A stretch of DNA of 64,000 bases. It comes from a virus. A program made the translations under genes and the position numbers. Location: IMG/VR virus record IMGVR_UViG_3300024261_000007, positions 69,025 to 133,024 of that record. One strand, given 5' to 3'. Positions 40,992 through 50,787 of the stretch are shown here, piece after piece. Under the pieces are notes generated by a model. It saw only the letters and a list, made by a program, of their open reading frames with translations, did not search any database and was not told the origin of the DNA. How positions within the stretch are numbered: position 1 is the first letter of the stretch; each line of letters opens with the position of its first letter.

Positions 40992-41020
40992 GTGTAAATT
41001 TGGTCCATTCATGGTATAAT
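40992..41020 (+). promoter_or_regulatory. Early/middle-type promoter (GTGTAA-17-TATAAT, extended -10)
   Basis: GTGTAA 40992-40997, TGG-TATAAT ending 41020. Confidence 0.75.
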
Positions 41021-41103
41021 ATGAAACATGATTGGCCAACAAAACAAACAAAAAATAAATATTGCCAATTAAAAATTAAACAATTAGGAAGGAAAATTTA
41101 ACT

Positions 41104-41904
41104 ATGGCTATTGATCTCGCAGCAATCCGAAAGAAACTTGGACAACTTAGTGGACAGAATTCTAAGAAAAACGTTATGTGGCGACCAGAGGAAGGTGCAG
41201 AAACAACTGTTCGACTTATGGCTTACCCCGATAATGACGGACAGCCTTTTAAGGAACTAATGTTCTATTATAACATTGGTACAAATCGTGGTCTTCTTTC
41301 ACCTTACCAATTTGGCAAACCGGATCCTATCCAAGAGCTTATTACAAAGCTTCGTGATGAAGGTTCTAAAGAGTCTTACGAGTTGGCAAAGAAATTATAT
41401 CCAAAGATGAGATGTTATGCACCAGTTGTTGTGCGTGGTGAAGAAGAAAAAGGTGTAAGACTTTGGGCATTTGGAAAAACTGTTTACCAGTCGCTTCTTA
41501 ATTACATGCTTGACGAAGACTATGGCGATATTACAGATCCTCTCGAAGGAAGAGATGTAAGAGTTAGTTGTCAAAAAAATCCTGGCCAGCAATGGGCAAC
41601 AACAGACGTAAGACCTCGAGGAAAAGACACAGCATTATCAGGAGATTCTGCAAAGTCAAAACAGTGGTTAGATAGCATTCCAGATGTCAATGACTTGTTT
41701 GAGCTTAAGTCTTACGAAGAGCTTGAAGGAATTATTAACGAGTGGTTAAATGGAGACGACGAAGATGATCAAAAAGAAACAACCCGAGGTGGCAGTAGCT
41801 TTAAGAACAATTCTACACAGTCAAAGAGTGATGATTCACCAGATGCTATTGCAGGTAAATATAGTTCTATTGATGACGCATTTGCTGATCTTGAAGGACT
41901 ATAA
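41104..41904 (+). CDS. Single-stranded DNA-binding protein, T4 gp32-like
   Basis: WRP..TVRLM, GVRLWAFGKTVY, DYGDITDPLEGRD, acidic tail IDDAFADLEGL. Confidence 0.8.
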   Translation: MAIDLAAIRKKLGQLSGQNSKKNVMWRPEEGAETTVRLMAYPDNDGQPFKELMFYYNIGTNRGLLSPYQFGKPDPIQELITKLRDEGSKESYELAKKLYPKMRCYAPVVVRGEEEKGVRLWAFGKTVYQSLLNYMLDEDYGDITDPLEGRDVRVSCQKNPGQQWATTDVRPRGKDTALSGDSAKSKQWLDSIPDVNDLFELKSYEELEGIINEWLNGDDEDDQKETTRGGSSFKNNSTQSKSDDSPDAIAGKYSSIDDAFADLEGL

Positions 41905-41914
41905 GGAGTAGACT

Positions 41915-43123
41915 GTGGCAAAGAAGAAAGAAGTTAAAAAGGAAAAAGCACCTTTAGATGACTTTACTTCTGATCTTATTAAGTCACTTAATAAAGAAAG
42001 AGGTAATAGAGTTGCTTATAATCTGAGTACAGACGATTCACCTACACATGTTAAAAGATGGATAAGTACAGGATCAAAACAGTTAGACTATATTATTGCT
42101 AATCAAAAGAATGGAGGTCTACCTGAAGGTAGAATTGTAGAAATATTTGGGCCTCCTTCTATTGGAAAGTCACATATTGCAACACAGATTGCAAGATCAA
42201 CTCAACAAATGGGTGGAATTGTAGTTTATATAGATACCGAAAATGCAACGTCTGTTGAAAACTTAAGAATGCTTGGTGTAGACATATCAAGAAGATTTGT
42301 TTATGTTGACACGCATTGTACAGAAGAAGTATTGTCAATTGCAGAAAGCACTGTTATTAAAGCGAAAGCAATGGATAAAGATGTACCAGTTACAATCATA
42401 TGGGACTCAGTTGCAGCAACATCTCCAAAAGCTGAGCTTATAGGTGATTATGATAAAGAAAGCATTGGTCTTCAAGCACGTGCTATTTCTAAAGGAATGA
42501 GAAAGATTACTGGAGTTATTGCAAACGAAAAAGTTCTTATGGTTTGTTTAAATCAAATTAGAACTAAAGTAGGCGTAATGTACGGTGATCCTACTACTAC
42601 TCCTGGCGGAATGGCAATACCTTTTCACAGTTCTGTTAGAATTAAGTTAGGAGCAGGTTCTCAAATCTTAAACAAAGACAAAGAGCCCATTGGAATTAAT
42701 GTATCTGCAAAGACAATTAAAAATAAAGTTTCAGCACCTTTTAGAACATGTAATTTTGAAATTCACTTTGGCAAAGGTATTAAAGAACATGAACAAATAT
42801 TCGATTTGCTTCGAAAACATGGCTCTGAAGTTTGTAATGGTTATACAGTAGAAGTAGGAGGTAATGGTGCATGGAAGCATTTAGAAGTTTATGACTCTCA
42901 AGGTGAACAAATTATAGAAAAGAAATTCTATAAAGCAGACTTTGGTGAAATAATTTCACATCCAGAGTACGGAAATTATATTGACATGTTGCTTGAAAAA
43001 GCGATGATTAGAAAAAACGAAGTAGAAGAACCTAATATTGATCCTGAAAGTTATACAGATATACAAGCAATAGCTGATCACTTAATGGACAATGATGATA
43101 ATGCGTTTGAAGAATTAAAGTAA
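41915..43123 (+). CDS. uvsX: RecA/UvsX recombinase
   Basis: ISTGS, GGLPEGRIVEIFGPPSIGKS, YIDTE, WDSVAA, NQIRTKVGVMYGDP.TTPGG.A..F..SVR, KNKV..PF. Confidence 0.92.
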   Translation: MAKKKEVKKEKAPLDDFTSDLIKSLNKERGNRVAYNLSTDDSPTHVKRWISTGSKQLDYIIANQKNGGLPEGRIVEIFGPPSIGKSHIATQIARSTQQMGGIVVYIDTENATSVENLRMLGVDISRRFVYVDTHCTEEVLSIAESTVIKAKAMDKDVPVTIIWDSVAATSPKAELIGDYDKESIGLQARAISKGMRKITGVIANEKVLMVCLNQIRTKVGVMYGDPTTTPGGMAIPFHSSVRIKLGAGSQILNKDKEPIGINVSAKTIKNKVSAPFRTCNFEIHFGKGIKEHEQIFDLLRKHGSEVCNGYTVEVGGNGAWKHLEVYDSQGEQIIEKKFYKADFGEIISHPEYGNYIDMLLEKAMIRKNEVEEPNIDPESYTDIQAIADHLMDNDDNAFEELK

Positions 43124-43130
43124 TAACATT

Positions 43131-44090
43131 ATGAACGAGCCTGTCATTTACATTGACGGCTTAAATGTATTTATGAGACACTTTGCTGCCAATCCAGCTA
43201 AGTCATTAAATGGACAGCTGTGTGGTGGCATTTTTGGTATGTTAAGAAATATACAACATCTCTCTGAAAGATTTAAGCCACAAAAAATAATAGTTGTTTG
43301 GGAAGGTGGCGGTTCTTTTAGAAGAAGAGCTGTTGACCCAGATTATAAAAACAGGAGAAGACCTGTACGTTTAAATAGAAGTGAATATCATGATGACATT
43401 CCTGATACTACTAACAATAGAGACTGGCAACTTAAGACTCTTGTAAAGATTTTATATAAAACACCTGTTACACAAGTTTATGTAAATGATTGTGAAGCTG
43501 ATGATGTTATTTCTTATTTAACAAAAACAAAAAAAGTAATATTTCAAAAAATAATTGCTACATCTGACAAAGATTATTATCAGTTAATTGATGAACAAAC
43601 AAAAATCTGGTCACCTAATAAAAAAATATTGATTGATGAAAAATATGTATTAGAAAAGTGGGGAATTACTCCACAAAATTTTTGTACAGCAAGATGTTTC
43701 GCAGGAGATCAGAGTGACGGTATTAAAGGTGTCAAAGGAGCAGGCTTAAAAGTAATGCTTAAAAGATTTCCAGATTTAGGTGTGTGTAAATTTTTATCTC
43801 ATCATGATATAATAAATGAAGCCAAAGATAATATTCAAAACGGCAGCAATTTAAAGTTATTTGAAAATATTATTGCAGGACAAAACGATATTGATAAAAA
43901 CTGGAAGCTAATGTATTTAGATTCTGCGATGTTAAGTGCTGATCAAATCAAAAAAATAAACTTTCAAATAGAACAAAAAGAAGAAAAACTAAATAAATTT
44001 GAATTGCTTAAGTTACTAAATAAAAATGGTTTAAACGGATTTGATATTCACACGTTTTTATTAACAATTAAATCAACACTAAGGACATAA
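43131..44090 (+). CDS. 5'-3' exonuclease / flap endonuclease (Pol I N-terminal or T4 RNase H-like)
   Basis: YIDGLN, YKNRR, CEADDVI, TSDKDYYQL, GDQSDGIKGVKGAG. Confidence 0.9.
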   Translation: MNEPVIYIDGLNVFMRHFAANPAKSLNGQLCGGIFGMLRNIQHLSERFKPQKIIVVWEGGGSFRRRAVDPDYKNRRRPVRLNRSEYHDDIPDTTNNRDWQLKTLVKILYKTPVTQVYVNDCEADDVISYLTKTKKVIFQKIIATSDKDYYQLIDEQTKIWSPNKKILIDEKYVLEKWGITPQNFCTARCFAGDQSDGIKGVKGAGLKVMLKRFPDLGVCKFLSHHDIINEAKDNIQNGSNLKLFENIIAGQNDIDKNWKLMYLDSAMLSADQIKKINFQIEQKEEKLNKFELLKLLNKNGLNGFDIHTFLLTIKSTLRT

Positions 44091-44096
44091 AATTAA

Positions 44097-45473
44097 ATGA
44101 GTTTAAATACAAACTTTTCAAAATTTGGAAAGCCTTTTCAAGAAAAAGTTTTTCAATCAATGTTGTCAGATCAACTCTGGGCTGGACAAATGATCGAGGT
44201 TGTCAATCCTGAATACTTTGATCTTAAGTATTTGTCTTTTTTATGTGGAAAATATTTTTCATACTATAAGAAATACAAAACATTTCCAACACTTACAATT
44301 CTTATTACAATTATCAAAGAAGATTTAACTAACTCAAAAGATCACGTTTTGAGAGACCAAATTATTGAATATCTTCATCGTATGAAAACAAATCCAGACA
44401 TGGGTGATCTACAATATGTTAAAGATAAATCACTTGAATTTTGTAAAAGGCAAGCTTTTCGTGAAGCTTTAGAACAAAGTGTTGAATTAATCCAAACAGA
44501 GAAATATGAATCTGTTTTAAATATCATGAAAGAAGCAATCTCTGTAGGCATGCCAAACTCTTCAGGTCACAATTTCTTTGATGATATCGAAGCAAGATTT
44601 GTTCAAATCAACAGACAAGTCTGCCCTACTGGTTTAGATAGACTTGATGCGCAAGATATTTTAAGAGGTGGTTTAGGCAGAGGTGAACTTGGCGTTATTG
44701 CAGCTAATACAGGTGTAGGTAAATCACACTTCTTAGTTGCAATGGGATGTGCAGCTATGAGAGCTGGCAAAAATGTAATACACTATACATTCGAGCTATC
44801 AGAACATGATACTGGAAAAAGGTATGACTCTAATTTGTGTAACATTCCTTCAAATGAAATTATTGAACGTAAGAAAGAAGTCATTAATAAATATGAAGGA
44901 ATGGACTTAGGTAGACTTATTATTAAAGAATACCCAAGTGGTTCTGCTTCTGTTCTTACAATAAGAAATCATATTGAAAAACTAACACTTAAAGGATTTA
45001 AACCAAGTGTAGTTATTATTGACTACGCTGATGTTATGAAGTCTACGAGAGCTTATGACTCTTTAAGACATGAATTAAAGTTGATATACACAGAATTAAG
45101 AAATCTTGCAGGTGAACTAAACATTCCAGTCTGGACAGCTTCTCAAGCAAACAAAGAATCTTCAAAGGCAGACGTTGTAGGATTAGAAAATCTAGGCGAG
45201 TCATACGCTAAAGCACAAGTTGCTGATATTGTACTTTCAATTAGCAGAAAGCCTATGGAAAAGTCTGAAGGTACTGGACGAATTTTTGTTGCTAAGAACC
45301 GTGCCGGCCGTGATGGCTTATTATTTCCTATTAATATTGATACTGCAAAATCTAAGTTTGCAATTTTAGATGAAAGCTCGTTAACATTAAATGAAGCAAT
45401 ATCACAAGATAATAATTCTATGAAAGAAAAATTAAGAGAAAAGTGGAAAGAGGTAAATAAAAAAGATGATTAA
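44097..45473 (+). CDS. Replicative DNA helicase, DnaB / T4 gp41-like
   Basis: GLGRGELGVIAANTGVGKS, YTFELSE, IIDYAD, WTASQAN, VAKNRAG. Confidence 0.92.
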   Translation: MSLNTNFSKFGKPFQEKVFQSMLSDQLWAGQMIEVVNPEYFDLKYLSFLCGKYFSYYKKYKTFPTLTILITIIKEDLTNSKDHVLRDQIIEYLHRMKTNPDMGDLQYVKDKSLEFCKRQAFREALEQSVELIQTEKYESVLNIMKEAISVGMPNSSGHNFFDDIEARFVQINRQVCPTGLDRLDAQDILRGGLGRGELGVIAANTGVGKSHFLVAMGCAAMRAGKNVIHYTFELSEHDTGKRYDSNLCNIPSNEIIERKKEVINKYEGMDLGRLIIKEYPSGSASVLTIRNHIEKLTLKGFKPSVVIIDYADVMKSTRAYDSLRHELKLIYTELRNLAGELNIPVWTASQANKESSKADVVGLENLGESYAKAQVADIVLSISRKPMEKSEGTGRIFVAKNRAGRDGLLFPINIDTAKSKFAILDESSLTLNEAISQDNNSMKEKLREKWKEVNKKDD

Positions 45474-45939
45474 GATTTATTGCAATGAAAAGTTAGATGA
45501 AGCATTAGATGACAATGATGTTAAAGATTATGTTCCTGCTTATGGGGGCGAAAGTGCGGGATTAGACCTTTACAACTCAGGAGAAAATATTTCTGTGATG
45601 CCTTCATCTTCTGATCCTAAAGGTGTAATGATAAGCACGGGTCTTCATGTTTTTACGCCAAAAGGATACGTTTCTCTAATAAAAGAGCGAGGATCTATTA
45701 CAAAGACACCGCTAAAGTATAGAGCAGGAGTAGTTGATGAAGGATATACAGGAGAAATATTTGTTAATCTTGTAAACATTAGCAGTGAAGAGTATATTAT
45801 TAAAAAAGGGCAGAAACTTCCTGTGCAAATTATAGTTGTTAAATGTGATAATGAGTATTCTGAAATTGGAGAAAAAGAATACTTAACCCTATCCAAATTT
45901 TCTAAGAGAAGCACCGGAAAAGTAGGAAGTTCAGATTGA
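45466..45939 (+). CDS. dut: Trimeric dUTPase
   Basis: SAGLDL, ERGS, AGVVDEGYTGEI, KLPVQ, RSTGKVGSS. Confidence 0.85.
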   Translation: MIKIYCNEKLDEALDDNDVKDYVPAYGGESAGLDLYNSGENISVMPSSSDPKGVMISTGLHVFTPKGYVSLIKERGSITKTPLKYRAGVVDEGYTGEIFVNLVNISSEEYIIKKGQKLPVQIIVVKCDNEYSEIGEKEYLTLSKFSKRSTGKVGSSD

Positions 45940-45956
45940 CAGTAACAAGGAGGAAC

Positions 45957-48374
45957 ATGAAAGTTATAAAAAAAAATACAGTTAAACAGAAAACAATAGA
46001 ATATTTTGATAATGATGAATTAGCTGTAAACGTATGGATGTCAAAGTATGCGTTAAAAGATAAACGTGGCTGTTTTTTAGAGGAGACGCCTGATGATATG
46101 CATGTAAGGCTTGCAACAGAATTTGCAAGAATAGAGGACAAGTTCAAGACAAATGCAATGTCTAAAAAAGAGATTTATGATTACTTAAAAAACTTTAAAT
46201 ATATCGTCCCGCAAGGTTCACCAATGTCAGGAATTGGTAATGATTATATGAATATTTCATTATCAAACTGTGTTGTTGTAGAATCGCCAAAAGATACAAT
46301 ATCATCTATAATGAATAGTGGCAAAGATCTTGCAAATCTATTCAAGAGAAGATGTGGCGTAGGGCTAGACATAAGTGAATTACGACCTGAAGGTGCGTAT
46401 GTCAACAATTCAGCAATAACAACTTCTGGCGCTTGGAGTTTTGCTGATTATTTTAGTAATGTGTGCAGAATGATTGGTCAAAACGGACGTCGTGGTGCAC
46501 TTATGATATCTATGGATATTAGACATCCTGATATTGAAAAGTTTGTCGTTATGAAAAACGATTTAACAAAAGTGACTGGCGCAAATGTATCTGTTAAAAT
46601 AACAGATGAGTTTATGGAAGCTGTTGATAATGATAAAGACTTTAGACTGCATTTCCCAATCGGTTCAGAAAGCCCTGAATACGAAAAAGTCATTAAAGCT
46701 AAAGACTTATGGGATTTAATAGTTAACTCAGCAACGACAACTGCAGAGCCTGGTTTACTTATGTGGGACAATATAACAAAAATGTTACCTGCTGAGAGTT
46801 ACAAAGATGTAGGATTTAAAACTGTATGTACAAATCCATGTGCAGAGATACCTTTGTCTTCATATGATAGCTGTAGATTAATATCTATAAATCTTAAGCA
46901 TATGGTAGAAAACCCATTTACAGAAAATGCAATATTTGACTTTGAGAAACTTAAAGAAGTTTCTCGTGTAGCAATGAGATTATCTGACGACTTGGTAGAG
47001 TTAGAAATAGAAAAGTTAGAGAGCATTCTCAACGTATCAGATACTGACGATGAAAAAGAAATGTGGGAAAAACTTTTAGTTGCTTGTAAGAATGGTAGAA
47101 GAACTGGGTTAGGAACACATGGATTAGCTGATGTCTTGTCAAGATTAAACTTACCATATGATGATGAAAATGCAATAGAAATAACAGCAAATATTTATAG
47201 GACTTTAAAAGAATCAGCGTATGGTGAGAGTGTTTTGCTTTCAAAAGAAAGAGGATCATTTCCAGTCTATGACTTTGAAAAAGAAATAGATCATCCTTAT
47301 TTAAGTCAACTTCCAGATGAGATGTTAAAAGAAATGTCTGAGTATGGAAGAAGAAACATTTCAATATTAACTAATGCGCCAACAGGTAGTGTATCAATAC
47401 TATCACAGACTAGTTCCGGCTTAGAGCCTGTTTTTAGAAACTCTTATATACGAAGAAGAAAACTTGGTGACGATTCTAGTGAAAAAGTCGATTTTGTTGA
47501 TGATTTAGGTGATAAGTGGCATGAATTTGAAGTCTTTCATCATAATGCTAAAGAGTGGCGACAGTTAAACCCAGGAAAAGATCTGCCAGCATTTTTTACA
47601 GAAAGTGATCAGATCAATTGGGAAAAAAGAGTTGAGATACAATCAAAAATTCAACAACACATTGATCACGCAATAAGCTCAACTATTAATCTACCTTCAG
47701 ATACAACGTCAGAAACAGTAAGTAAAATATATCTTGAGTCTTGGAAAAAAGGTCTCAAAGGTGTAACTGTTTACGTTGATGGTTCTAGATCTGGTGTATT
47801 AGTTACAAGTAGTGAAGAGAAAGAGACGTTTCCTCAAACTCAAGCGCCAAAAAGACCCGAAACGTTGATTTGTGATATACACCATACAAAAGTTAGAGGA
47901 GAAAAATGGGTAATATTGATTGGGTTGTTAGAGAACAAGCCATATGAGGTCTTTGGTGGTAAAGCTTCTTTTGTTGAAATCCCTAAAAAGATTAGCAAAG
48001 CAACATTAGTTAAGAGGACATTTAAAACAAAAATAAGCAAATATGATCTTTGTTTTGGAGATCAAGATGATCCTACAATCATTAAAGACGTAGTTAAGGC
48101 GTTTAACAATCCAAACAACTTAGCTTTTGCAAGAATGATATCACTTAGTTTAAGACACGGATCAAAAGTCAAGTTTATGGTTGAGCAGTTGCAGAAAGAC
48201 AAAGATAGTGATATGTTTAGCTTTAACAAGTCTATTGCTAGAATTCTTAAGAACTATATCAAAGATGGCGAAGTTCCTACTGATAAGCAATGTGATGATT
48301 GTGGTGTAGAAGCTTTAGTATATCAAGACGGCTGTGTAATATGCAGTTCTTGCGGATATTCAAAATGTTCTTGA
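45957..48374 (+). CDS. nrdJ: Class II (adenosylcobalamin-dependent) ribonucleotide reductase
   Basis: AGGAGG before ATG 45957; SLSNC, RRGALM, TNPCAE, APTGS, KGVTVYVDGSR, C-terminal CDDCG..CSSCGYSKC; no adjacent nrdB. Confidence 0.88.
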   Translation: MKVIKKNTVKQKTIEYFDNDELAVNVWMSKYALKDKRGCFLEETPDDMHVRLATEFARIEDKFKTNAMSKKEIYDYLKNFKYIVPQGSPMSGIGNDYMNISLSNCVVVESPKDTISSIMNSGKDLANLFKRRCGVGLDISELRPEGAYVNNSAITTSGAWSFADYFSNVCRMIGQNGRRGALMISMDIRHPDIEKFVVMKNDLTKVTGANVSVKITDEFMEAVDNDKDFRLHFPIGSESPEYEKVIKAKDLWDLIVNSATTTAEPGLLMWDNITKMLPAESYKDVGFKTVCTNPCAEIPLSSYDSCRLISINLKHMVENPFTENAIFDFEKLKEVSRVAMRLSDDLVELEIEKLESILNVSDTDDEKEMWEKLLVACKNGRRTGLGTHGLADVLSRLNLPYDDENAIEITANIYRTLKESAYGESVLLSKERGSFPVYDFEKEIDHPYLSQLPDEMLKEMSEYGRRNISILTNAPTGSVSILSQTSSGLEPVFRNSYIRRRKLGDDSSEKVDFVDDLGDKWHEFEVFHHNAKEWRQLNPGKDLPAFFTESDQINWEKRVEIQSKIQQHIDHAISSTINLPSDTTSETVSKIYLESWKKGLKGVTVYVDGSRSGVLVTSSEEKETFPQTQAPKRPETLICDIHHTKVRGEKWVILIGLLENKPYEVFGGKASFVEIPKKISKATLVKRTFKTKISKYDLCFGDQDDPTIIKDVVKAFNNPNNLAFARMISLSLRHGSKVKFMVEQLQKDKDSDMFSFNKSIARILKNYIKDGEVPTDKQCDDCGVEALVYQDGCVICSSCGYSKCS

Positions 48375-48407
48375 TATATTAAAACTAGAAGTCAGGGTTT
48401 TAAAATC

Positions 48408-48436
48408 CTGTAAAATTTATAAATCTATGATATAAT
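48408..48436 (+). promoter_or_regulatory. Early/middle-type promoter (CTGTAA-17-TATAAT)
   Basis: Same motif and 17-nt spacer. Confidence 0.65.
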
Positions 48437-48465
48437 AATAAAAACACAAAACAAGGAAGTATTTA

Positions 48466-49071
48466 ATGATTAATTTTTTAACTGAGATTTCACCGCTAAT
48501 TAAAGAGATAGAGCTACATCATGATCCAATCATCATTACAGTAAATGAGTTTAATGAAGAAACAGCTAATGAATTTGCTACTTTAATGAGTGCAGCACAA
48601 AATACAGGACAAAAAGTTGTTCCTGTAGTTATTGATTCGTTTGGGGGACAAGCTTACGCTTTATTGTCAATGATATCATCAATTAAATCTTCAAAAATAC
48701 CGGTTGCAACAATAGTAAAAGGAAAAGCTATGTCTTGCGGAGCACTATTGTCTTCTTTTGGGGAAGATGGTTTAAGATTTATGGATAAAGATGCGACAAT
48801 GATGATACATGACGTTTCGTCGATGGCATTTGGAAAAGTAGAAGAGTTAAAGTCTGATGCAAGAGAAGCTGAACGATTGAATAAAAAAGTTTTTACTATG
48901 ATGTCAAGGAATTGTGGTAAACCTGATGACTATTTTGTAAACTTAATTCATGATAAAGGACACGCTGACTGGTATCTAGATGCGGTCGAAGCTAAAGAAC
49001 ACAATATCACACAACATCTTAGAGTGCCTAGTTTAAAAGGAAAAGTAACTGTATCTTTTGATCTAGAATAG
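48466..49071 (+). CDS. clpP: ClpP-like serine protease
   Basis: IDSFGG, GKAMSCG (catalytic Ser), MMIHD (His), DWYLDAVEAKE. Confidence 0.85.
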   Translation: MINFLTEISPLIKEIELHHDPIIITVNEFNEETANEFATLMSAAQNTGQKVVPVVIDSFGGQAYALLSMISSIKSSKIPVATIVKGKAMSCGALLSSFGEDGLRFMDKDATMMIHDVSSMAFGKVEELKSDAREAERLNKKVFTMMSRNCGKPDDYFVNLIHDKGHADWYLDAVEAKEHNITQHLRVPSLKGKVTVSFDLE

Positions 49072-49179
49072 AGCTTTTTGTTTAATTGAAATCTTTAAAG
49101 CACTTCAAAACGCTAATGAAGAAGTCAAAGGAATTGTCAATACATACATAAGTAAGAAAAGTTAAAAAAGGAATTTATA

Positions 49180-49974
49180 ATGGAACAATTTTCAACTTTA
49201 AATAAAGATAAAGAATATGTTGTATCTTTACAACAAGAAGTAGGCGTTGTAGCTGATGGTGTATACGGTCCTAACACACATAGAGCAGTTAGACAATACT
49301 ACGGTATGCCTATTATGATGCATATGGGTAAAGTAGTGCCTATTGATTCTCCGCTGGAGATTGATTGGTCAGCACCTTTATATGAGCTTGATGATGGAAC
49401 AAAAAACTGGTATAAAAGAAAAGCAGACCCATCAACAATATGTGTTCACTGGGGAGGATTAAATACAAGGCACTGTTATAACGTATTTAATCTTGCTAGG
49501 GGTCGACACGTTTCGTCTCACTTCTTAATTGGGCGAAATCATAAGACAGGAGAATATGAAATCTTACAGTGTTTAGATACAGGACTAGCTGCGTATCATG
49601 CTGGAAAGTTTAATAAATATTCTATTGGAATTGATATTTGTATGCATCCAGATGACAAGTATTGGGAAAAAACTAAAGGTTGGTACCCAGATGCTGAACT
49701 TCAAGTATGCAAAATACCTGATAGAAGAGTTAGAGGTCGTAAACTTGTAATGATTGGTGATGATTTTGCAGATGTTTGCAGAGAGTTTTTACAGTCGTTA
49801 AGAGAATCAACAGGTTTGCTTGATAAGCCTATATGCGAAACATTAGATGTAATGTCTGTTAAAGAAGCATCACAATATAGCATTGTTGGTCACCATAACA
49901 TTTCAGCAAAAAAATGGGATGTTATACCTTGGGCAGAAAAACTATATTACGGGCTCGATGAAGAAATTGTTTAA
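49180..49974 (+). CDS. N-acetylmuramoyl-L-alanine amidase (Amidase_2) with N-terminal peptidoglycan-binding segment; endolysin candidate
   Basis: LQ..VGVVADGVYGPNT; ICVHW, SSHFLI, AYHAG..NKYSIGIDI, IVGHH..K.D. Confidence 0.8.
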   Translation: MEQFSTLNKDKEYVVSLQQEVGVVADGVYGPNTHRAVRQYYGMPIMMHMGKVVPIDSPLEIDWSAPLYELDDGTKNWYKRKADPSTICVHWGGLNTRHCYNVFNLARGRHVSSHFLIGRNHKTGEYEILQCLDTGLAAYHAGKFNKYSIGIDICMHPDDKYWEKTKGWYPDAELQVCKIPDRRVRGRKLVMIGDDFADVCREFLQSLRESTGLLDKPICETLDVMSVKEASQYSIVGHHNISAKKWDVIPWAEKLYYGLDEEIV

Positions 49975-49978
49975 TTGT

Positions 49979-50007
49979 GTGTAAATTATAATTTTTGTTT
50001 TTATAAT
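49979..50007 (+). promoter_or_regulatory. Early/middle-type promoter (GTGTAA-17-TATAAT)
   Basis: GTGTAA 49979-49984, TATAAT 50002-50007. Confidence 0.75.
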
Positions 50008-50030
50008 ATTCACACAATCAAAGGAATAAA

Positions 50031-50732
50031 ATGAACAAACAAAATTTTTTATATGATGATAAAATTGGACAAATTGAGTTAGTTCAAAGTATGGGTAAAG
50101 ATATAACAGTTGTAAACTCAGCAAGAGTTTCTTTCGGAGTGCATAAACAAGAAATGGATGACAAAGACAAAAAGCTTGTAAACTATCTTGTTGCTCATAA
50201 GCATACTTCTACTTTAGAACATAATATTGCAACTTTTAGAATAAAAGTTCCTCTCTTCGTCAGATCACAACATCATAGACACAGGACGTGGTCTTATAAC
50301 GAAATTTCAAGAAGATATACAGATTCTGTTTTACAATTTTATATACCTAAGGCTTATAGAACGCAGCATAAGTCAAACAGACAAGCTTCTAATATAAGTG
50401 AGTTAATAAATCCTCAAATGGGTTGTTATCCTATTGACTTAGAAAGCAGGCTTTGCAATGATGCTGTTGAGCATCATGTTCGTCTTTCTTTAGACTTATA
50501 TCATGATATGACGAATAAAGGCGTTGCAAGAGAGCAAGCACGCATGATTCTACCTCAAAATCTTTACACAGAATATTATGCAACTGCAAATTTAAATAAT
50601 ATTCTTAAGTTTATTGATTTAAGAACACATGAAGGTGCACAATGGGAAATTCAAAAACTTGCTGAAGGTATGCTAAGAATAATTTCAGATTTGTGGCCAG
50701 AAACAGTCAATTCTTATAAAAGAAATAAATAA
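50031..50732 (+). CDS. thyX: FAD-dependent thymidylate synthase
   Basis: NSARVS, HTSTLEH, RHRTWSYNEISRRY, REQARMILP, AQWEI. Confidence 0.95.
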   Translation: MNKQNFLYDDKIGQIELVQSMGKDITVVNSARVSFGVHKQEMDDKDKKLVNYLVAHKHTSTLEHNIATFRIKVPLFVRSQHHRHRTWSYNEISRRYTDSVLQFYIPKAYRTQHKSNRQASNISELINPQMGCYPIDLESRLCNDAVEHHVRLSLDLYHDMTNKGVAREQARMILPQNLYTEYYATANLNNILKFIDLRTHEGAQWEIQKLAEGMLRIISDLWPETVNSYKRNK

Positions 50733-50787
50733 ATAAAAATTATTTATGTAGCTCATAATTATCCTATACTTCTTTGTAAGGATAATT

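Noticed and set aside
41915-48374. Inteins or introns in RecA, helicase or RNR
   Set aside because: Protein lengths are normal, motifs are contiguous, and no intein splice or LAGLIDADG signatures were seen
49072-49165. Coding-like stretch LIEIFKALQNANEEVKGIVNTYISKKS* after clpP as read-through or frameshift extension
   Set aside because: Not in frame with clpP, preceded by its own TAG, no start codon or slippery site; at most an unidentifiable gene remnant
45466-50732. Uracil-containing or thymine-free genome
   Set aside because: An intact dUTPase and a canonical ThyX argue for normal dTTP synthesis
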